The notes: generated by a model from the sequence alone, not told the origin. Positions 48,490 to 58,450 are shown, counted from the first letter of the whole stretch. The stretch: DNA of 61,327 nt, filler included, from 9 parts of 9 records of this genome joined end to end with filler, not necessarily neighbours in it; one strand, 5' to 3'. Made by a program: numbers and translations.

Positions 48490-48734
48490 TCTGGGGTGGA
48501 ATCCAAAAGTTCTTTCTCCCCAAAAAGATTAGCTGCACCATTTTGCTTATCGCAACCACCAAAATTGATGGGATTTTGGTTAGTGTAATAACCATTTTCA
48601 TTTTTTAAGGTATATAACCTTCATTTACAAACCCTTAGACGCTAATACTTTTTTCAGCCCATCAACCGGCAATGTTGCTTTTCAATAATAGCAGCAAAGC
48701 CCTTCCAGTTTACCAACCAAAAAAAACGGTTGCA

Positions 48735-48841
48735 GCATTTAGTGGGCCGTACCACTCGGCTGGGGCGCTGGTATGATCCTGGCGTGGCTATATTATCTTA
48801 CAGGCAGGTGGAAAACCAAGGGGGTGGTGAAACACAAATAA
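48735..48841 (+). pseudogene. Duplicated 3' end of the MATE gene (diverged relic)
   Basis: Encodes I*WAVPLGWGAGMILAWLYYLTGRWKTKGVVKHK*, matching the MATE C-terminus at 48371-48469. Confidence 0.88.
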
Positions 48842-49008
48842 TATATGCATCATGAATATGAAATGCAGTTGCCGGAATACCCATTAGCCTGAACTTTTTC
48901 GGTTACCAAAATTCTCCCTCCACAAAAAAGCAAATATTTCGTGATCTTTTCGTGATATCCTGAAGGTTTCTTTGCATCAAAATAATCATTTAAAAATTGA
49001 ATATGATG

Positions 49009-50037
49009 ATGAAAGCGAGAAACATTTTATGGACATTAATCTTACTTGTAACAGTTTTTGCCGGTTGCAAAAAAGATGACGACGAAAACCCCAATCCGGG
49101 TATGGAAGAAAAGGAATACTTTCTGGTGGCCAACCGTGGCAGCTCAACGGTGAGCGTTTTTGACGCCACATCCAACCAAAAAACCATGGACATAACCCTG
49201 CCGGCTGCCGGTGCTGATCCAACTTACCTGGCTTACAGCGCAGAGCGTGAAATTTTTTATGTAGGCGATTTTGCCAATCAACAGCTTTTAGCCTACAGTG
49301 CGATGGATTTCAGCCTCGTAAAAACGATCGCGATCCAGGAAGGTGCGTTCCACATGTGGGCAAATGACATTGCCGACCAACTCTGGGTAAATAATATCGT
49401 TTCAAAAACCACCTCAGTGATCGATCTTACTGATCATACTGTGGTTGCCACCATTGAACTGCCGACCAACGAAATCAGTCTATCGGCGGATGCTGCACAG
49501 CATGATGTAGTGATCTCGGAAAACGGCATGTACGCTTACGTTTCAGTGCTTGATGGTGCTGAGGTGAGTTATATCGTGCAATACAGCACCAGCGACTTTT
49601 CCTATATGGGCCATGCAATGATTGGTGGTGACGCACACCTGATGGTAAAAGGAGATAAAGTTTTTGGACTGGCTCAAAACGGAAATGAAGTTACCGTCTT
49701 CAACCAAAACGACCTGAGTGTGGTTGACAATATCGAAATCACCGGCCCGCACGGAGTAGCCGTAAACAGTGATTATCTTATTACAGCTAATCTACCCGAT
49801 AAATCACTGGGCGTAATCAGCCTTTCAAATTATGATGTGGTGAATACTGTGGCCGCTGATTACGATGTTCCCCATAATATTGTAACCAATGATGCCGGCA
49901 ATCGTTTGTTCCTGTCGCACTCCGGGGGATCATCCACCAAAGTGGTTTTTTATGAAATTTCGGGAAGCAACCTGACCAAACTTGCAGAAGCTGACTCCGG
50001 CACCAATCCATTTGGGGTGCTCTACTATAAATACTAA
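49009..50037 (+). CDS. YncE/YVTN-like beta-propeller lipoprotein
   Basis: Lipobox FAGC; VANRGSSTVSVFD and SVID....VVATI blades; GTNPFG; exact start among several Met codons is uncertain. Confidence 0.8.
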   Translation: MKARNILWTLILLVTVFAGCKKDDDENPNPGMEEKEYFLVANRGSSTVSVFDATSNQKTMDITLPAAGADPTYLAYSAEREIFYVGDFANQQLLAYSAMDFSLVKTIAIQEGAFHMWANDIADQLWVNNIVSKTTSVIDLTDHTVVATIELPTNEISLSADAAQHDVVISENGMYAYVSVLDGAEVSYIVQYSTSDFSYMGHAMIGGDAHLMVKGDKVFGLAQNGNEVTVFNQNDLSVVDNIEITGPHGVAVNSDYLITANLPDKSLGVISLSNYDVVNTVAADYDVPHNIVTNDAGNRLFLSHSGGSSTKVVFYEISGSNLTKLAEADSGTNPFGVLYYKY

Positions 50038-50095
50038 ACTGTTCTCATTTTCTTCGATTGACTGGTTAATAAATCACACATTAACTTAACGTCTT

Positions 50096-50123
50096 AAGGC
50101 ATCCATTTTTGGGTGCCTTTTTT
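50096..50123 (+). terminator. Rho-independent terminator
   Basis: AAGGCATCC-ATTTT-GGGTGCCTT hairpin followed by a T-run. Confidence 0.7.
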
Positions 50124-50170
50124 ATTTGTGAAATAAATTCATTTTAATTCCAAAGTTCTATTTTTGGAAG

Positions 50171-52090
50171 ATGAAACAATGGATGCTTGTATTCTTCTTG
50201 CTTAACAATATTATTTCCTTCAGCCAAATTCCCAACATCGACAGCCTTATTAAAGTGGCCGATGAAGCCACCGGTAAAGAAAAGGCTATGTTGTACTCTG
50301 ACATTAGCTATTATAGCTGCTTTTCGGATACTGAACTGGCGTTGGAATATGCCCAAAAATGCCTTGATGAAGCCCTCAAAACAGATGATTCTCTGTTGAT
50401 AGCCGAGGGTTACAACAGCCTGGCCATTGCCTTCTACATGAAAAGCTATTACAAAGAAGCGCTGCAGAACAATAAAAAAGCATTGGATATTCGGCTAAAA
50501 TTTGGTGACGATTACAGCAAGCTTTCCAGCTACAGCAAAATGGGAAACTGTTATCATGAGCTAGGCCAGTATGATGAGGCCATCTTTTATTACCTGAAAA
50601 GTCTGAAAATTGCTGATGAAAACGACTTGAGTCAGCAAATTGGACAAATGAGCAACAACATTGGCGAACTTTTTAAAATACAGAAGAATTACGAAAAAGC
50701 CCGCGAATATTTTGAAGCTGCCACTGATATAGCCCTCCAAATTGGTGACACCATTGGATATTGCCGTGCACTCACCAACCAGGGTGTTATGAACGAAAAC
50801 CTGGGAAACTACCACGAAGCTGATTCCATTTACAGCCTGGCATACCGTCTATACCGTCTGGTAAAAGGAAAAAGATATTACGATCTGGAAGGTGGTCTAC
50901 TCATCAACATGGGTGGCTTATATCGCAGCCAGGGACAAACTGACAAAGGGATCGAATATTATGAGAAAGCCACAAAACTCTATGAAAAGTCAGGTGAGTT
51001 ACACGGCCTCTCCATCGTACTGGGAAACCTTGGTAATGCTTACCTGGAGAGTGGACAAGACAAAAAAGCCTATGAATATTACCAAAAGAGCATCGAAGTT
51101 TCAAAATCCACCAATTCCACCACACGGCTCATCAATTCTTACAAAATGATCACGGGATATTATAAGTCTGCCGGTGATTACAGGAAAGTTTTTTATTACG
51201 ACAGCCTCACAAACGCTATGGAAGATTCGGTGTTCAACATCGAAAAATCCAGGATCGTCAACGAACTGAATACACGCTACGAAACCGAGAAAAAAGAAAA
51301 ACAGATTGCTGAGCAAAAATCGGAAATAGCCCAAAAGGAACTTGAATCCCAACAGCGATTCCAACTCTTTATGGCCTCGCTCAGCGGATTTGTCATTGTA
51401 ATCCTCGGAGCAACCATCATCATCAGGAGCCAGCGCAGCAAACAGGAAAAACTCCGGCAACAGGTTGCCCTTGAAAAAGCAGAAGCACAAAACAGGCTTC
51501 AAAATGAAAAGCTGCGCATCTCACGTGATTTGCACGATAACATTGGATCACAACTTACTTTCGTAATTTCGTCGATAGACAATCTCGGGTACGTCAAGGA
51601 CGATGAAAGACGAAAAGAACGAATGGCCAGCCTGGCCGATTTTACACGCGATACCATGGCACAGCTTCGCGAAACAATCTGGGCCATCAACAGCGAAACC
51701 ATCAGTATGGACAGGCTGTTTTCGCGGATTGCCGAATTTGTGAATCATGCCAAAAACGCCCAGCCCGGAATCAATTTCAAAATCGAGAATACATCCAAAA
51801 ATTTCGATCTCACTGCCGAGCAGGCCATCAACCTTTTCCGAACCGTTCAGGAAGCCATTAACAACGCCATAAAACACGCCGAAGCTCAAAACATCAACAT
51901 ACTTGCCTCCGACTCCACATTTCTGGTTGAAGATGACGGAAAAGGATTTTCAAGAAAAGAGATCGATCATGGAAGCGGACTCAACAATATGGAATTGCGC
52001 ATGAAGGAAGTTGGGTTCAGGGCAAACATTGAAAGTAGCCCTGGAGAGGGGACCAAAATCAATATTGACCTTACAACCCTGATGACATAA
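50171..52090 (+). CDS. TPR-repeat sensor histidine kinase (HisKA_3 type)
   Basis: Signal peptide, periplasmic TPR repeats, TM, RISRDLHDNIG H-box, QEAINNAIKH, DDGKGF and GSGL.NM. Confidence 0.92.
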   Translation: MKQWMLVFFLLNNIISFSQIPNIDSLIKVADEATGKEKAMLYSDISYYSCFSDTELALEYAQKCLDEALKTDDSLLIAEGYNSLAIAFYMKSYYKEALQNNKKALDIRLKFGDDYSKLSSYSKMGNCYHELGQYDEAIFYYLKSLKIADENDLSQQIGQMSNNIGELFKIQKNYEKAREYFEAATDIALQIGDTIGYCRALTNQGVMNENLGNYHEADSIYSLAYRLYRLVKGKRYYDLEGGLLINMGGLYRSQGQTDKGIEYYEKATKLYEKSGELHGLSIVLGNLGNAYLESGQDKKAYEYYQKSIEVSKSTNSTTRLINSYKMITGYYKSAGDYRKVFYYDSLTNAMEDSVFNIEKSRIVNELNTRYETEKKEKQIAEQKSEIAQKELESQQRFQLFMASLSGFVIVILGATIIIRSQRSKQEKLRQQVALEKAEAQNRLQNEKLRISRDLHDNIGSQLTFVISSIDNLGYVKDDERRKERMASLADFTRDTMAQLRETIWAINSETISMDRLFSRIAEFVNHAKNAQPGINFKIENTSKNFDLTAEQAINLFRTVQEAINNAIKHAEAQNINILASDSTFLVEDDGKGFSRKEIDHGSGLNNMELRMKEVGFRANIESSPGEGTKINIDLTTLMT

Positions 52091-52099
52091 AGCTCAAAA

Positions 52100-52148
52100 A
52101 ATACGAAAATACACGTATTGCATTTGGATAATCTCTGAACGTAATTTG
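52100..52148 (+). promoter_or_regulatory. Palindromic operator plus promoter upstream of the response regulator
   Basis: AATACG-N8-CGTATT-G, then GTAATTTG ending 28 nt downstream. Confidence 0.65.
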
Positions 52149-52165
52149 CAGAAAATTTTTGCATC

Positions 52166-52813
52166 ATGATAAAAATAGCCATAGCCGAAGACAACGATTT
52201 CCTGGCCTATTCCATCGAGGAAAAAATCTCCTTTTTTGATGACCTGAAGTTAAAGTTCAGAGGAAACAATGGAGCCAATTTGCTTGAGCAAATTGAGGCC
52301 GACCACAACATCGATGTGATCCTGATGGATATCCAGATGCCCGTAATGGACGGCATTGAAGCAACAAGAGTTGTTAAACAAAAGCACCCCCAGATACGGG
52401 TGGTTATGCTCACTGTTTTTGACGATGAAGAAAACATTTTTAAATCCATACAGGCGGGAGCGAACGGCTACCTCCTCAAGGATGAAAACCCTGAAAACCT
52501 CCACAATGGCATCCTGGAAATAATGGAAGGCGGTGCCCCCATGACACCATCTATTGCACTAAAAGCCCTGAAACTGCTGCGTGACCCATCTGCAGTTTCA
52601 CCCTCAGAAAAAGTTACAGACTATGATCTGACGAGGCGCGAAACCGAAGTACTGGAACACCTGAGTAAGGGGCTCAACTATGCCGAAATTGCCAATAATC
52701 TTATTATCAGCCAGGGAACGGTAAGAAAACACATCCAGAATATTTACGGTAAGTTGCAGGTACGCAACAAAATGGAAGCTGTTAACCTGGCCAAAAAAGA
52801 ACGGTTGATTTAG
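52166..52813 (+). CDS. NarL/LuxR family response regulator
   Basis: AED, LMDIQMP.MDG and GYLLK receiver motifs; LTRRETEVL..L..G...EIA..L.IS..TVRKH LuxR HTH. Confidence 0.94.
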   Translation: MIKIAIAEDNDFLAYSIEEKISFFDDLKLKFRGNNGANLLEQIEADHNIDVILMDIQMPVMDGIEATRVVKQKHPQIRVVMLTVFDDEENIFKSIQAGANGYLLKDENPENLHNGILEIMEGGAPMTPSIALKALKLLRDPSAVSPSEKVTDYDLTRRETEVLEHLSKGLNYAEIANNLIISQGTVRKHIQNIYGKLQVRNKMEAVNLAKKERLI

Positions 52814-52881
52814 CCAACTGTCAAATCATCACCCCGCCCTATCGTGTTTTTTTTTGCTGATAAGAAAACACCATCATTCAA

Positions 52882-52930
52882 AATACGCATTTCGTAGTAT
52901 TGCCAGCATAGATTGCTGCTTATAGTTTTG
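52882..52930 (+). promoter_or_regulatory. Second copy of the operator plus promoter, upstream of the hypothetical secreted protein
   Basis: AATACG-N8-AGTATT-G, then TAGTTTTG (-7 box) ending 28 nt downstream. Confidence 0.65.
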
Positions 52931-52972
52931 CAACCATAATTTGAAACCTTAACACCAAATATTATTTGAATT

Positions 52973-53929
52973 ATGAGAGTAACTATTTCAATCATTTTCA
53001 GCATTTTTATTACAACAAGTTTATTGGCACAAAAGGACTGGAGCAAAGTTGATTTTTTGGATGAATACAAAGGCAAAGTAAAGATTGGAGGGGTCTCAGC
53101 AAAAGCGTTAAAAGCAAACAAAACCTTTGTGAATTTTTACACGGTGGGCCAGGCCACAACCATGAAAGGCTCAGAGAGCAGCGCAACCAAAGGGGTGTAT
53201 TCGGAGGTAAGCCTTGCCGGCCTGGAAAACGAATCTTACCAGCAAATGGTTGACGAGCTTTACCAGGAATTGCTTGCCGAACTTGAAGCAGCAGGATTGC
53301 AGGTTACAAATGGTGACGACGTACTGAATTCGGCTTATGTTCAGGAACGTCTTGCCAAAGGAAAGAAGGATGAGAAAATAGAGAAAACTGGTGCAAACCC
53401 TGCATATGAGGGCAAAATGAAAATTACTGATGGGGCAATGCCGGGCTACGGGGCCTGGGCAGTTACCCGCGACATCACATTCCCGCCATCAAATGCCAAT
53501 ATTTATTATACTGACGACATCATCAAAGCCGGGAATTTTTACCAGAAGCTCTCTTCAAAAGAAAACTTCAACCTGTTGTCGATCAGGTTTTATGTAAGCT
53601 TTGCATCATTTGATGGTGGCCGCGGATACAAGGACATTAAGCTGGCAACAAACCCTGTTCTTGCAATTTCGGCAAGCGTCCAGCTGGTCACTCCCAATGG
53701 AGCTTTCAACAAAATATTCTTCAAAAAACTACCTGCATGGGCAGGAAGTGGTTGGTCAGAAGGAATCACTAAAGGCAAGGATAATAAGAATGACGCTGAA
53801 GCATTTGGGCTGGCTCGCTCAGCAGAGTATGAAATCCAGGCAAATTCAGATCAGTACCTGCATGAAGTCAGTGCTATCATCAGCAACCTGCAAAAAGACA
53901 TTGTGGAAAACATAAAAACAAATCTCTAA
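52973..53929 (+). CDS. Hypothetical secreted protein
   Basis: Signal peptide (LLA|Q); 318-aa ORF with no recognised family. Confidence 0.8.
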   Translation: MRVTISIIFSIFITTSLLAQKDWSKVDFLDEYKGKVKIGGVSAKALKANKTFVNFYTVGQATTMKGSESSATKGVYSEVSLAGLENESYQQMVDELYQELLAELEAAGLQVTNGDDVLNSAYVQERLAKGKKDEKIEKTGANPAYEGKMKITDGAMPGYGAWAVTRDITFPPSNANIYYTDDIIKAGNFYQKLSSKENFNLLSIRFYVSFASFDGGRGYKDIKLATNPVLAISASVQLVTPNGAFNKIFFKKLPAWAGSGWSEGITKGKDNKNDAEAFGLARSAEYEIQANSDQYLHEVSAIISNLQKDIVENIKTNL

Positions 53930-54215
53930 AAATTTCGGCATTTTAAATGCAGGAACCCCCTCGAATGAAAAGGGCTGCCCGATTGCCGGGCGGCCCTTTC
54001 AATTTTTCTCAAAATTGTCGATTTAGGCGTAATGGACAAAAAGGAGGCTAAAAACTTCTGTAAGTGTTGTTATTCTTTGCTTTGATTAAAGTCAGAGCTT
54101 ATGAATAAAAAAAATGAAAGGGTAGTTGAAAATGTTTCGCCCAAAACGGTTGATTATACCAAAAATATGATAGTAGTGTCATGTGAACCTTGTTTTGACG
54201 CAGGAATGTCCTTCG

Positions 54216-54315
54216 NNNNNNNNNNNNNNNNNNNNNNNNNNNNNNNNNNNNNNNNNNNNTTAATTAATTAANNNNNNNNNNNNNNNNNNNNNNNNNNNNN
54301 NNNNNNNNNNNNNNN
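54216..54315. other. Artificial contig linker
   Basis: N-run, TTAATTAATTAA, N-run. Confidence 0.99.
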
Positions 54316-54422
54316 ATTATTGTTGGTATATTTGACGGTTGAGTTAAGGAGGTAGCCTCTTTAATAACAAACCCCCCCGGTACATTCGCACCGGGGGGTC
54401 AAATTTAAATCCACCTTAAAGA

Positions 54423-55100
54423 CTATGAGGTCAGGCCGTGAACGGAATCGCGGACCCAAAAAAGCAGGTTGAAGTTTTCGGCAAGCCCTTCCTTGATCTT
54501 GTTCAGGGAAGCCTTATCCATATCATGAATGCGGATAAATACATGGCGCATGTTTTCCTGTTCCGGTTCATAGGATGTCAGAAGAGACATAACTCGGCCA
54601 CCGTTTTCCTTAAGGTAATCAAGTACACCATTAAGCGACCCCGGCTCATTGGAAAGAGCGAGACCTACCTGCACCCCACCGTCAAGAACACCAGTAATGC
54701 CAATCAGAACCTTGAAAACATCAGTATTGGTGATGATGCCTACGCACTTTCTTTCCGCATCAACAACCGGAATACCACCAATCTTATTCTCTTCCATGAC
54801 CACAGCGGCCTTTTCCACGGTATCTTCTACAGATACGGTAATCACCTTGCGGGACATAATATCCTTTACCTTGATTTCCGAGAGCAGATAGTAAAGCTCA
54901 TGCATATCAAGGGTGGTGGCCTTGGAGGGAGATGCTTCCTTGATGTCCCGGTCCGAAACGATACCTACCAGAACGCCGTCCTCGTCAACAATGGGCAACC
55001 TGCTGATGTCATTATCCTTCAGCAGCTTTGCAGCCTTCATCATGGAACGGTCATGGGTCAGGGTGATAACGTCCTTGGACATCCAGTTCTTAACCAGCAT
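54423..55100 (-). CDS. CBS-pair plus ACT domain protein (AcuB-like)
   Basis: MLVKNWMS, LVGIVSDRDIKEASPSKATTL, second CBS repeat and NEPGSL ACT motif. Confidence 0.9.
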   Translation of the reverse strand: MLVKNWMSKDVITLTHDRSMMKAAKLLKDNDISRLPIVDEDGVLVGIVSDRDIKEASPSKATTLDMHELYYLLSEIKVKDIMSRKVITVSVEDTVEKAAVVMEENKIGGIPVVDAERKCVGIITNTDVFKVLIGITGVLDGGVQVGLALSNEPGSLNGVLDYLKENGGRVMSLLTSYEPEQENMRHVFIRIHDMDKASLNKIKEGLAENFNLLFWVRDSVHGLTS

Positions 55101-55321
55101 AGGGGAACCTCCTTGGGGCCGTCGGCCTGTGATGTTTCTATAAGATGATCAGCTGAACAATGCAGTTCAATTCCGCTTGATACTAAAATTCTCCATTTTC
55201 CTACTTATATGATTATATAAACAAAGGTCTGCGGTCAATGATCATAAACTTAAAAAGCTGAGATCATGCATTTTTGCAGCAGAATTTTATTCATCTATGC
55301 CCTACCTAACAGCTGAAGAGA

Positions 55322-56602
55322 TCAAGCCTTGCGAAAAAACAAGCCCGGTCCGATTTCAGAACTATCACAATGCAGAACAGCTTGTGTGCCGGAGTGAACA
55401 ACATCCTTGAGTTCGCCGTTGGTAGCCTCAAAGGAATAACTACCCGACTTAACAAAAGGCCGTTCAAGCCCGGGAACAATAATCTGCACATCACAATCAT
55501 TTTCCCAACGGGCTTTTACTGAAATAAGCCAGCTTCCATCTTCACGCTGCTCAAGCACTCGTCCAACAACAGGCTTTCGCTCTTCCTTGGACGGAGGCTG
55601 AGCGATGGTGCTGGGACCGGATTTCTTAAAAAAAGCAGTGGTCAGCGGACGAGTGGCAGCATTGGTTAGCTCATCCATGACATTTCCGGGCAATGGGCCA
55701 CCCTCCTTGGCTTTATCGATAACGGTGCGATACACATCCACCACCTGCGCAAGATAGGAAGAACTCTTGGTGCGGCCTTCGATCTTCAGGGAAGCTATAC
55801 CCAATTTGGCCAGCATGCGCACGTAATGCACAAGACAAAGATCCTCGGCTGCGAAAAATTCCGTATAACCGTCATGTTCTACTGCTTCCCAGACATCCTG
55901 ACCGGGACGGGTCTTTTCCTCCACCCGTAGGCCGGTAGCCTTGTACTCAAAGCGGCAGGGATGGGTGCAACGGCCCATATTGGCAGAGCGGTCATTAAGC
56001 CATGCACTAAGGAAGCAACGCCCTGATATAGCCATGCACATGGCCCCGTGCACAAACATTTCCAACTCAATTTCCGGACACTTACCGGCAATGTCAGTTA
56101 CATCGGCAGCAGAAAGCTCTCGAGCAAGGTTAACCCTTGAAGCCCCGAACTTCTGCCAGAATTTTGCGGCCTCGCTGTTTCCGGTATTGGCCTGAGTACT
56201 GATATGCACCGGGATGTCAGGCATAATTTCTGCGGCAAGCATGAGCACACCGGGGTCGGCAATGATCAACCCGTCCGGGGGACATGCTGCCAATTTTTCG
56301 AGATCAGCACGGACTTTGGCAAGATCCTTTTCCTTGGGATAGGCATTGACGCAAAAATAAGCCTGAACATTATTGTTACGGCAGAGTTCAAAAGCTTCGG
56401 GAAGCTCTTCCCACTTGAACCCTGCCCCAGCGGAACGTAGGTTCAAATCCCCCGCCCCAAGGTAGACCGCGTCAGCCCCATAGGCAACTGCGGTTTCAAG
56501 TTTTTCCATATTACCGGCCGGACAAAGCAATTCCGGCATTTCACCAAGAATCGGGCGGGCAATATCAGGATTGTCTGTTTTATTTTCTGTAGATGTATTC
56601 AT
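55322..56602 (-). CDS. U32 family peptidase-like protein (tRNA hydroxylation TrhP/YegQ-like)
   Basis: PELLCPAG, YGADAVYLG, H.STQAN, E.FVHGAMC.A.SGRC, C.HPCR and SLKIEGR motifs. Confidence 0.9.
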   Translation of the reverse strand: MNTSTENKTDNPDIARPILGEMPELLCPAGNMEKLETAVAYGADAVYLGAGDLNLRSAGAGFKWEELPEAFELCRNNNVQAYFCVNAYPKEKDLAKVRADLEKLAACPPDGLIIADPGVLMLAAEIMPDIPVHISTQANTGNSEAAKFWQKFGASRVNLARELSAADVTDIAGKCPEIELEMFVHGAMCMAISGRCFLSAWLNDRSANMGRCTHPCRFEYKATGLRVEEKTRPGQDVWEAVEHDGYTEFFAAEDLCLVHYVRMLAKLGIASLKIEGRTKSSSYLAQVVDVYRTVIDKAKEGGPLPGNVMDELTNAATRPLTTAFFKKSGPSTIAQPPSKEERKPVVGRVLEQREDGSWLISVKARWENDCDVQIIVPGLERPFVKSGSYSFEATNGELKDVVHSGTQAVLHCDSSEIGPGLFFRKA

Positions 56603-56622
56603 ATTTAAGATCAATAATAGTG

Positions 56623-57480
56623 TTAAATTTTGAGTCCTCTGGACTGCCTGAAGGCCTTGATCCCGTCAAGCACACTATGGTGGACAAAAAGTTTTCCAGT
56701 CCCTTTACCAAGTTGGATATCCGGCTTCACATAGCCATGAAAATCAGAACCACCGCTTGGCAGCAGATCATACTTACGGGCCAACCCTTTGGCGATTCCA
56801 GTCATCTCATTGGTGTGTGAACTGTAATAGACTTCAATGCCCTGCAAACCCATTTCCTTTAAGCGACCAACTTCCCGGTCCAATTCGTCCTCATTAGAAC
56901 TGAGCAGAAACGGATGGGCAAGGATCGGCGTAGCATCCGTAGAACGCAGTAACTCAAAGGCTTCGTCTGCTGAAATGTTATTCTTAGGGTAGTAAGCCTT
57001 GCCTTTTTTACCCAGATAATCGTCAAAAGCTTCATTAAAGTTCTTCACATAACCCTTCTGGAGCATAACCCGGGCCATGTGCGGCCTGCCGAGGGTTCCG
57101 GCGGCCTGACCCTGCACCTCTTCCATGGATATGTCAAAGCCGAGCTCCTGCAGCTTAGTCACAACGGCTTCATTGCGCTCTACACGTCTAGCACGGACTT
57201 CATCAAAAACACGTTTCAAGCGCTCTGAATACGGGTCCACCCAAAGCCCAACAACATGCAGTACCCCAACTTTGCTTTCAACACTTAATTCACAGCCGGG
57301 AACAACCTCCACCCCGGATTTGACTCCGGCTTCAAGGGCTTCGGGCAACCCTTCCATGGTATCATGATCGGTGAGAGCAATGGCTGTGAGTCCGGCTTCT
57401 TCTGCAGCCTTGACGAGTTCACTGGGTGAAAAGGTCCCGTCTGATGCGGTGGAGTGAGTGTGCAAATCAATGGCAGACAT
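56623..57480 (-). CDS. PHP domain metal-dependent phosphoesterase (TrpH/YciV-like)
   Basis: DLHTHSTASDG, LTDHD, GRPH, LAHP and GGSDFHG motifs. Confidence 0.9.
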   Translation of the reverse strand: MSAIDLHTHSTASDGTFSPSELVKAAEEAGLTAIALTDHDTMEGLPEALEAGVKSGVEVVPGCELSVESKVGVLHVVGLWVDPYSERLKRVFDEVRARRVERNEAVVTKLQELGFDISMEEVQGQAAGTLGRPHMARVMLQKGYVKNFNEAFDDYLGKKGKAYYPKNNISADEAFELLRSTDATPILAHPFLLSSNEDELDREVGRLKEMGLQGIEVYYSSHTNEMTGIAKGLARKYDLLPSGGSDFHGYVKPDIQLGKGTGKLFVHHSVLDGIKAFRQSRGLKI

Positions 57481-57577
57481 AGTAATCTCCGATAGTAGTG
57501 CTTGAAAATGCGGGGTTGAGGAATTCTTTTTCTATAGTTATAGGGTAGTGATCAAACAATGTGCAAGGAGTACCTTT

Positions 57578-57763
57578 ATGACTCTGAATAAAGAACTGAT
57601 CGACATACTCGTCTGCCCCAAATGCAAAAACGAGCTGGAGCTTCTTCCCGGTGAAACTGGGCTCAAGTGTGATGCCTGCAATGTTATCTATCCGGTCAAA
57701 GATGAAATCCCGATCATGCTCGTAGATGAAGCTGTTCCCGCTGATCAGTGGGAAAATAAATAA
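57578..57763 (+). CDS. Trm112/YcaR family protein
   Basis: AAGGAG RBS; L.DILVCPKCK..L..L.C..C...YPVKDEIPIML.DEA. Confidence 0.9.
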   Translation: MTLNKELIDILVCPKCKNELELLPGETGLKCDACNVIYPVKDEIPIMLVDEAVPADQWENK

Positions 57764-57827
57764 TCACGAATCTAAACAATGCGGAAAATAGCCCTATGGG
57801 CTAACCGTGACACCACAAGGAGTTTCC

Positions 57828-58259
57828 ATGTCCCAAGCCAAAGACGGCGACAAAATCAGCGTCCACTATGCCGGTTCCCTCGAAGACGGCACCGAATTTG
57901 ATTCATCTTACAAAAGAGGCGAACCTCTTGAGATCGTTCTCGGTCAGGGCATGCTGATCAAGGGTTTTGAAGACGCTGTCAAAGGCCTTTCTGTTGGTGA
58001 AAAAGTAAAAACTACCATCAGCCCTGAAGATGGCTACGGCCCCTACCATGATGAGCACACCTTTGAAGTAGAGCGCAACCAGATTCCGCCTGAAATCAAC
58101 CCCGAAGTGGGCATGATGCTTCAGGTTAACACCGATCAGGGTGTTACCAATGTAACCATCAAATCTGTATCCGACGACAAGGTAGTCCTTGATGGCAACC
58201 ACCCCCTCGCCGGACAGACCATGGTTTTCGAGATCGAACTGCTTGAGATCCTGTCTTAG
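57828..58259 (+). CDS. FKBP-type peptidyl-prolyl isomerase (SlyD/SlpA-like)
   Basis: VHYAGSLEDGTEFDSS, LIKGFE and LDGNHPLAG motifs. Confidence 0.92.
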   Translation: MSQAKDGDKISVHYAGSLEDGTEFDSSYKRGEPLEIVLGQGMLIKGFEDAVKGLSVGEKVKTTISPEDGYGPYHDEHTFEVERNQIPPEINPEVGMMLQVNTDQGVTNVTIKSVSDDKVVLDGNHPLAGQTMVFEIELLEILS

Positions 58260-58295
58260 TTTTCCAAGGGCCTAACGCCCGACTTAGGAATATGA

Positions 58296-58329
58296 AATCC
58301 CCGCATGATTCTTCATGTGGGGATTTTTT
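58296..58329 (+). terminator. Rho-independent terminator
   Basis: AAATCCCCGCATG-ATTCTT-CATGTGGGGATTT followed by Ts. Confidence 0.75.
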
Positions 58330-58450
58330 ATTTATATCGACAAGTTAGAGGTCACAATTTAGTTTTTATGTAAAATTTCATTTTACCAATGTTGACAACC
58401 AAAATTGAATGCATATTTGTAATGCAGACGAAGAAGACAGGAGGTTGTTC

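Noticed and set aside
48371..48841. Possible diversity-generating retroelement TR/VR pair
   Set aside because: The mismatches are synonymous third-position changes rather than adenine-specific, and this contig has no RT.
54101..54215. Short open frame MNKKNERVVEN... running into the linker
   Set aside because: It is too short and truncated, with no recognisable motif.
5123..54315. Eight recurring TTAATTAATTAA motifs flanked by Ns, which look like a regular repeat
   Set aside because: They are artificial 100-nt contig linkers. Cross-segment neighbourhoods, such as archaeal genes beside bacterial ones, are not evidence of HGT or operons.
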